Of a DNA stretch of 64,000 nucleotides, positions 57,247 through 64,000 are shown in pieces. The notes beneath the pieces were generated by a model. That model was not told where the DNA came from. It did no database searches and saw nothing but the letters and a program-made list of their open reading frames with translations. How positions within the stretch are numbered: position 1 is the first letter of the stretch; the number at the start of each line of letters is the position of its first letter. Source of the DNA: Methanobacteriota archaeon (GTDB taxonomy: Archaea; Thermoplasmatota; E2; DHVEG-1). The stretch spans positions 1 through 64,000 of the forward strand of contig CAVYNH010000004.1 of the NCBI GenBank assembly GCA_963769885.1. Direction: 5' to 3'. The translations under genes and the position numbers were made by a program.

Positions 57247-58043
57247 TGAGTCTTGGTCGCCATCCGGCTGTCTATCCCATGTTTTTGGCAGAGATGTTCG
57301 ATGCGTGATCCGAGTCGGTTGAGGTAGCCTGGGTCTGGGGAGATTGCGTTTTCGTACCAGCGTCGGTACCACGGGAGGGCCAATGGGAACTCCTCCGCCA
57401 GTATCTGCAGGAACCGGTCTCGCTGCTCGCCTTTCAACTCCAGGTGCTTATACAGGAGGAACGAGGCGTGTGCCTCCGCGGCCGCGGCGACGGTTGCCTC
57501 TAGGTCAGGCTCGGCGAGCAACGGGAGGAACGGCATCAGCGCTACTCCAGCGTTTATCTCATGAGAACGAAGTGTCCGTACGAGATCGAGCCGCTGCAGC
57601 GGAGAGACGACCCCGGGTTCAAAGGCCGCCGCCAGCACCAGGCTCGTGGACAGGAGGCTGACCGCCACCGTACAATCAAAGGACGAAATCAATGGGAGGT
57701 CGCGCAGGACCAAAGGGGACTTAGTGAGGATATTACATGGGAACCCATGGTCACGGAGGACTTCAAGGATCGCCCGCGACAGCCCTCGCTGCTCCTCGAC
57801 CGGCTGATAGGGGTCATGGACGGAGCCGAGGATCACGCGACCACGCGGAAGATGCTCTAATTCCTTGACGAGCACCTCAACGGCATTGACCTTGATGTCG
57901 ACCGTGTCCACGGAGGAGTCGCAGTAGCGGCATCCCAAGGCACAGGACCGGTACGGGTCGACGGTATACTTCCCATGGAAAAGGGTATCTGGCCTCGTGA
58001 TGATCTTGAGGCAATGGCTGCAGGCGACGTCCCGGTACTGCAT
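57243..58043 (-). CDS. Radical SAM protein, SplB-like family
   Basis: DPYRSCALGCRYC (CxxxCxxC), DPYQPVE and ILTKSPLVLRD motifs. Confidence 0.85.
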   Translation of the reverse strand: MQYRDVACSHCLKIITRPDTLFHGKYTVDPYRSCALGCRYCDSSVDTVDIKVNAVEVLVKELEHLPRGRVILGSVHDPYQPVEEQRGLSRAILEVLRDHGFPCNILTKSPLVLRDLPLISSFDCTVAVSLLSTSLVLAAAFEPGVVSPLQRLDLVRTLRSHEINAGVALMPFLPLLAEPDLEATVAAAAEAHASFLLYKHLELKGEQRDRFLQILAEEFPLALPWYRRWYENAISPDPGYLNRLGSRIEHLCQKHGIDSRMATKTH

Positions 58044-58046
58044 CGC

Positions 58047-59771
58047 TCACATTTCCTCTGGGGCTGCAATCCCGAGAATCCCTAGACCGTTGGCCAGGAC
58101 AATGCGAGATGCTTCGACCAGCGAGAGCCGTGAGGCCCGCAGCATCTGCGTCGTCTCCGAGAGCACGGGGCAGTCCCGGTAGAACTGGTTGAAGGCGGCG
58201 GCGACCTCGTACACGTAGTTGGCGACGAGGTTAGGCCGCCGGCCCTGACAGGCCTCGTCGATGACAACGGGAAACCGCATCAACAGGTCAAGCAACACGG
58301 TCTCAGATGGATGAGTCAGCCGTGTGGCTTCGAAGGAAAATTTCTTGGTCTTGGCCTTATGGAGGATGCTGCAGGCGCGGGCGTGCGCGTACTGAAGGAA
58401 GGGGACCGCGTTGCCCTCGAAGTTGAGGGCCTCCTCCCATTTGAAGACGATGTCCTTCTCAGGCTGCACCCTGATGATGTTGTAGCGGAGGGCGCCGATG
58501 CCGACCTGCTCCGCGATGGACCGCATCCGGTCCTCGGAGAGCTCCTGGCCGCGCCGTTTCCGCACCTCTTCCAGAGCGCGGGCGATGCATTCGTCGATGA
58601 GATCATCAAGGTAGACGACCCGACCGCGCCGAGTGGACATCTTACCACCTGGTAGTGAGACGAATGAGTAAAATACAGCCTGGGGCTGCGGCTTGATGTC
58701 CAGTAGGGTAAGTGCGATTTCAACCTGACGGCTCTCTAGTCTATGGTCTTCACCAAGGACGTTGACCAAGCGGTCAGCCTGCGTGGCTTTCCAGCGATGA
58801 TAGGCGACGTCCCTGGTCGCGTAGAGTGTGGTCCCGTCTTTGCGCAGGAAGAAGAACTTGGTATTGCGGCCGTGGACGCCGTAGGGTTCGAGGTCGAGGT
58901 AGAAGGCGCCTTCCTCTTCATGGCTGTACGGCGTCTGTTTCAGCCCGTTGACGATGGTCTCGACGCCGCCGTCGAGGACGAAGCGGGACTCCGGGATGTA
59001 GTCATCGATATGGATATGGATGCGCTGCAGGCTCTCCTGGATTCCGCGCAGGACCGGAGTGTAGGCATCATGGACCTGCTTCAGGGTGTGTTTGTTGCCG
59101 TGTTCAAGCTGCTGGATCAGGGCGTTGATTTCTTCAGCAACGCTGGGTTCCTGTTCCATGAGTTCGTTGGCTTTTTGATAGTAGCCGACGAGGCGGTGGT
59201 CTTCCTTGTCGACCTCGGGAGCGGGAATAGTCTTGGCGTCGAGGTGCTGGATGCCCCAGGCGAGGATCGCGACCTGTTTGCCCATGTCGTCGAGGTAGAA
59301 CTGGGCGGTGGTGGTGTAGCCGTCGGCCTTGAATAGCCGGACGAGGGTGTCGCCGATGATAGGGTTCCGGGCGCGGCCGACGTGCAGCGGCCCGTTGGGG
59401 TTGGCTGAGGTGTGTTCGATGATGACGGTCTCGTGGCGTGGGTCGTGGTGGCCGTAGGAGTCTTTCTGTTTGAGGATGAGGCTGAGGGTCGCGTCGGCGA
59501 GGCGGGCTCTGTTGAGATGGAAGTTGACGTAGCCGCCCCTGGCTTCGACGTGGTCGAGCCAGGGGCCGGGCGTGAGTGTTTTGGCGATGGTTTCGGCGAT
59601 GGCCTGTGGGGCTTTTTTCAATATGGGGGCGAGGGTGAAGCAGGGGAAGGCGAATTGGCCCATCCCGGCGGGGGGCGTCTCTAGCCGGATCTCGGCGGGG
59701 TACTGCAGGCGTTTGAGGGCGCCCGCAAGGGCGCGGGTGAGCTCGCGTTTGCACTCCTCGAGTGGGTACAT
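58047..59771 (-). CDS. argS: Arginine--tRNA ligase
   Basis: EHTSANPNGPLHVGRARN (HIGH), KMSTRRG and LQYAHAR motifs. Confidence 0.97.
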   Translation of the reverse strand: MYPLEECKRELTRALAGALKRLQYPAEIRLETPPAGMGQFAFPCFTLAPILKKAPQAIAETIAKTLTPGPWLDHVEARGGYVNFHLNRARLADATLSLILKQKDSYGHHDPRHETVIIEHTSANPNGPLHVGRARNPIIGDTLVRLFKADGYTTTAQFYLDDMGKQVAILAWGIQHLDAKTIPAPEVDKEDHRLVGYYQKANELMEQEPSVAEEINALIQQLEHGNKHTLKQVHDAYTPVLRGIQESLQRIHIHIDDYIPESRFVLDGGVETIVNGLKQTPYSHEEEGAFYLDLEPYGVHGRNTKFFFLRKDGTTLYATRDVAYHRWKATQADRLVNVLGEDHRLESRQVEIALTLLDIKPQPQAVFYSFVSLPGGKMSTRRGRVVYLDDLIDECIARALEEVRKRRGQELSEDRMRSIAEQVGIGALRYNIIRVQPEKDIVFKWEEALNFEGNAVPFLQYAHARACSILHKAKTKKFSFEATRLTHPSETVLLDLLMRFPVVIDEACQGRRPNLVANYVYEVAAAFNQFYRDCPVLSETTQMLRASRLSLVEASRIVLANGLGILGIAAPEEM

Positions 59772-59939
59772 CGTCGGGTGGAAACCGTCCGCCGCTATTT
59801 AAATAATCGGGCGGCCCGCCGCCTCAACGAATTTAATCTCGAAGAGAATATTTAAATAGACTTGCAGCCTATTGATTATCTATTCATCAACGACACGTTT
59901 TAATACCATCGGGTATTAAGCGGGCGCAAGGGGATAATC

Positions 59940-62128
59940 ATGAAAAACGTTCTCAATAGGCCACGCCAGATGATGTTCATTCTCGGTCTTGTGACCCTGC
60001 TTCTCGCCACCTCGCTGCCAGGGGAGCTGTCGCGAACCCCACCAGCATGACCCTGACGGAGACCTACCAGTTCTCGACGCCGGCCCTTGGTCAGACGGCG
60101 GTCAACGGCGAGACCTACGACACCGTCTCGCTGCCGGACGGCACCGGCGGCCGATCCGTCGGAGAGCCGGACCTCCCCAGCCGCGGCGCCTCCCTGCTCC
60201 TCCCGCAAGGAACAGCGGTGGCCAGCATCGACATCACGCCTGGCGCTCCCATCGTTCTCGGCACCGGGTTCCATGTCATCCCTGTCCGCACCCCGGTGAA
60301 GCTCTCCGAGACAACGCAGACCGCCCCTGCACTTACCTTTGATTCCTCCATTTACGGCGGCGTTGACGCCTTCCCCGAAAGCCTCATCGAAGACCTCGGC
60401 ATCCAATCCTTCCGCGGCTACAACATCCTAGAGCTTGCCCTCAGCCCCGTGCAGTACCTTCCCGCCACCGGAACCCTACGCTTCTACCCTTCCCTGTCGG
60501 TCACCGTGCATCTGCAGTCGGCACCGGCCAACCCCCTCTTCCGTGGCCGGTCGGATGACGAGGTCATGGCACGGGAGAAGGTCGACAACCCTGAGGCTCT
60601 CGCCTCCTATCCGCTCCTCCCCGCCCCCGCCTCCAATGATTCGTACTCCCTCCTCATCCTCACGACCGATACGTTGAGGACTAATTTCGAGCCTCTCAAG
60701 GACGCCCACAACGCCAAGGGGTTGCCGACTCAGATCAAGACCCTCAGTGAGATTTCCTCAAAGGCCCTCACCGCCTCGGCCATCCGAGATTTCATCCGCC
60801 AGGAATACCTCACCAACGGCATCGAATACGTCCTCATCGGGGGCGATGACAACGTGGTCCCCGCCCAGTACCTTTACGTCCTGGCATGGACCGGGGGAGA
60901 CAGCGATCAGCTCCCTTCAGACCTCTTCTACGAATGCCTCGATGGGACCTATGACTACAACAACAACGAGATCTTCGGGGAATCGCACGATGGGCCTGGC
61001 GGCCGTGACGTCGACCTCTACGGCGAGGTCTCCGTCGGCCGCGCCTGCGTCGGCACTGCCGCCGAAGCCGACTTCTTCGTCCAGAAAACCGTCGCCTACC
61101 TCCAAAGCTCGGGGATCACGAGCGGCCCCTGCCTGATGGTCGGGGAGTACCTCTGGGAGAAGCCTGATACCTACGGGGACGACTACATGGAGGAGCTCGT
61201 CAACGGCTCGACCTCCTACTACACGACGGTAGGCATCCCGGCGAGCCAATACACGATGAGCAGATTATACGACAGACTCTGGAACTACCCACCGGGGTGG
61301 CCAGGTACTGAGCTCATCAGCCGCGTGAACGCTGGTGTTCGGCTCATCAACCATCTCGGTCACTCCTCCTCAGATTATAACATGCGGATCGTCAACGATG
61401 ATGTTGACGCTTTGACGAACACGGTGCTCCCGTTCGTGTACTCACAGGGATGCTACGCGGGCGCTTTCGATGCTGACGACTGCATCGCGGAGCACTGGAC
61501 GGTTAAGACCGCCCATGCGGGCTTCGCGGTCATCATGTGCGCCCGCTACGGGTGGGGCGTCGTCGGTAGCACCGACGGGGCGAACCAGCGGTACCACCGC
61601 TATTTCTGGGACGCGGTCTTCGCGCAGAACATCACCAGCATCGAGAAAGTAAACCAGTACTCCAAAGAGAAGAACGTCCATAAGATCAACGGCTCCTGCA
61701 TGCGCTGGGTCTACTACGAGATGAACCTGTTCGGCGACCCCGCCCTGGAGTTCTTCCCGACAGAGAACCAGGCTCCCGTGAAGCCTGCGGCGCCGAAAGG
61801 CACCGCCCAGGGGACGCTCAACACGAACTATGTCTTCAATGCCTCGACAACCGACCCGGACGGCGACCGGCTCTACTATAAATTCAGCTTCGGGGACGGC
61901 ACTTTCAGCGCCTGGCTCGGCCCGTATAACTCCGGCACAGAAGTCAAGGTCTCCCACAACTGGACGAAGCGGGGCACCTACAACGTCCAGGTCCGCGCCA
62001 TGGACACGCATCGCCAGCAGAGCGACTGGTCCGACCCGCTCCCGGTGAAGATGCCGTACCGCCCGCACTGGCTCGACATCCTAGTTAGAATCCTGGCGTT
62101 CTTCCAGCACCTCTTCCTCCCAAGTTAG
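59940..62128 (+). CDS. Secreted C25 (gingipain-family) cysteine peptidase with propeptide and PKD domain; apparent frameshift at ~60022
   Basis: Signal peptide from 59940 joins the main ORF if one base is added in the G-run at 60021-60024. GEPDLP propeptide, YVLIGGD, SDLFY, VGR, NHLGH, SQGCY, NLFGDP and PKD motifs. Confidence 0.9.
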
Positions 62129-62160
62129 AAAACAAAAAAAGAAGAGGCCCTGGGAACACG

Positions 62161-62421
62161 TTAGGTGATCATGGGGTCAAAGGGATCCCCGGCGGTCGGC
62201 CGAGGAGGCTTGACTGCTGACGGCCCATCCATCCGCCTCGCGACCACGGCAAGGACGTGCTTCTCCACCAGCTCGACGTGCCGGCGGCTGAGGTTCTCCT
62301 TGCGCAGGATGATCTCCCCGCACTCGTTGTAGACCTCGATGACGCCTTTCTCTGGGTCGGCGATGACCCTATAGGTCTTCCCCTTGGATTTCGTCCAAAC
62401 CCAGACGTGCTCGCTGCCCAT
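62161..62421 (-). CDS. Small hypothetical protein
   Basis: 86-aa ORF with an AT-rich promoter upstream; ends FDPMIT. Confidence 0.55.
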   Translation of the reverse strand: MGSEHVWVWTKSKGKTYRVIADPEKGVIEVYNECGEIILRKENLSRRHVELVEKHVLAVVARRMDGPSAVKPPRPTAGDPFDPMIT

Positions 62422-62579
62422 ATGAATGAATCCCGCATTTTTATTAATATAAGGAGAAAGTTATTTTAATGACTATTTAAACCTTGCCCCTTTTCCAAAG
62501 AGAGAAGCTTCCGGATTGGCATTCCGTCACCCTATCTTTATATATGATTCATAGAAGAACCTACATCGGGTAAGGAGAG

Positions 62580-64000
62580 ATGCAAGGAATAACGCAATCA
62601 AGAAAAGACCCGCAGCGCAAAAAACTCAGACTCGCCGCCATTTTCCCAATACTCTTCCTGATGCTTGCGACTATCCCCTTGGTCGCAGCGGACACCGCCG
62701 TGTACGTCGACGCGGCCAATACCACCGGGCCGTGGGACGGGACCGCGGACCATCCCTTCCGGAACATCAGCGACGCCACCGCCACCGAAGCAACGACGAT
62801 CTATGTCTCTACCGGCACCTACGCCGAAAACGTCGTCGTCACCCATTCCCAAAGCCTCATCGGCGCCAGCGCCCTCACCACCATCATCGACGGCGGCAGC
62901 CACGGCCATACGGTCTACGCCGCGGGCACCGAGGACGCTGAAATCACCTTCACCCTCTCAGGCCTCACCATCCGGCATGCCGGCATGCACGGATTCGCCA
63001 ACATCGCCTGCTCCCACGTCAACGGCGGCACCATCGAGGACACCACCATCCAAGACTGCCAGGAAGGGGACGGCATCCAGCTCGACCACTGCACCAGCCT
63101 CGCCATCCATGACACCATCATCACCAACTCCTACGTCTCCGGCATCAGCCTCACCCTCTGCTCCACCTGCACCCTCGACCACAACACCATCCGCTACAAC
63201 CAGAAAGGCATCAGCATCAGCTACTCAGTCGCGAACCTCATCACCGACAACACCATCTCCAAGAATACCATCTACGGGGTTTACCTCTTCCAGTCATCAC
63301 AGAACCAGTTCTCCCAAAATACCTTTTCCATGAATGGACAGCCCGCGAGTGACCCCTGTAGCAACACCTGGTCCATCAGCCAGCAGGGTAACTCCTGGGA
63401 TGATTACGGTGGCGTTGACGCTAACCATGACGGCATCGGCGACACACCCTACCCAATCCCCGGCGGGTCAAACACGGATAACTACCCCCTTGGAGTCTTC
63501 CAGACTGCCCCCTCGCAAGGCAGCGACAACACACCCCCCACCGTGCTCTCAATGACCATCACGCCCTTGGAAGCCTTTGCCGGCGATCCGGTGTACTTCA
63601 GCGGCGAGGGACATGACACTGACGGGATCATCGAAGGATACTGCTGGCGGTCCAATCTCGACGGTCAATTCAGCACCAGCAAGACTGCCACTTTGACGAC
63701 GCTTTCGGTCGGAGTACACACGATTTCCTTTAAAGTCCAGGATGACGACGGGGACTGGTCGTCCCTGCAGACCGGCACCCTGACCATCAGGGCGAATCCC
63801 GCTGCGGTCATCGACTCTGTCTCACCTTTGACGGCGCTCGTCCATCAAACGGTCGCCTTCCAGGGCCACGCGGAGAACGCTGAAGGGCTTGATGTCCAGT
63901 ATCAATGGACGTCCTCGCAGGACGGCGTGCTCAGCTCTGAGGCAGCATTCACACGATCGAATCTCACCAACGGAGTCCATACCATCTCGCTACGGATCCG
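62580..64000 (+). CDS. Secreted NosD/beta-helix plus PKD-like protein, 3' truncated by the window edge
   Basis: AAGGAG RBS, signal peptide, YVD....GPWDGT.DHPF.NI.DA, beta-helix repeats, GNSWDDY..DANHDGIGDTPY; frame open to the window end. Confidence 0.85.
   Translation, partial: MQGITQSRKDPQRKKLRLAAIFPILFLMLATIPLVAADTAVYVDAANTTGPWDGTADHPFRNISDATATEATTIYVSTGTYAENVVVTHSQSLIGASALTTIIDGGSHGHTVYAAGTEDAEITFTLSGLTIRHAGMHGFANIACSHVNGGTIEDTTIQDCQEGDGIQLDHCTSLAIHDTIITNSYVSGISLTLCSTCTLDHNTIRYNQKGISISYSVANLITDNTISKNTIYGVYLFQSSQNQFSQNTFSMNGQPASDPCSNTWSISQQGNSWDDYGGVDANHDGIGDTPYPIPGGSNTDNYPLGVFQTAPSQGSDNTPPTVLSMTITPLEAFAGDPVYFSGEGHDTDGIIEGYCWRSNLDGQFSTSKTATLTTLSVGVHTISFKVQDDDGDWSSLQTGTLTIRANPAAVIDSVSPLTALVHQTVAFQGHAENAEGLDVQYQWTSSQDGVLSSEAAFTRSNLTNGVHTISLRI

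Overview
Archaeal genomic DNA, most consistent with an uncultured Thermoplasmatota lineage (DHVEG-1/Thermoprofundales/MBG-D-like). This is inferred from archaeal r-proteins, TiaS, archaeal CCA enzyme, LonB, gingipain-type C25 peptidases and NosD/PKD surface proteins. The first ~790 bp is an error-rich, bacterial-looking TctC/Bug fragment fused abruptly to a C25 peptidase fragment, probably an assembly chimera. Housekeeping content includes rpl1-rpl10-rpl12, tiaS, tRNA-Gly(GCC), ribK, pdxST, trpB2/trpY with TRP boxes, fbaB, nadM, lonB, ychF, thpR, cca and argS. The main candidate novelty is an isoprenoid/lipid gene cluster at ~23-40 kb: four UbiA-family prenyltransferases, a geranylgeranyl reductase, a CrtI-like flavoprotein, a CruF-like hydratase and a 1071-aa membrane-anchored protein, next to an MMPL/RND exporter and MetVF. 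Also notable are a bacterial-type PolX + NAD-ligase operon, a pdxT that has no canonical start and follows the pdxS amber stop in frame, and strong alternating CA/GT strand-skew domains that partly ignore gene orientation. Several single-base frameshifts (tiaS, ligA, MMPL, C25) look like sequencing errors. All calls come from motif recognition by eye; no database searches were run.
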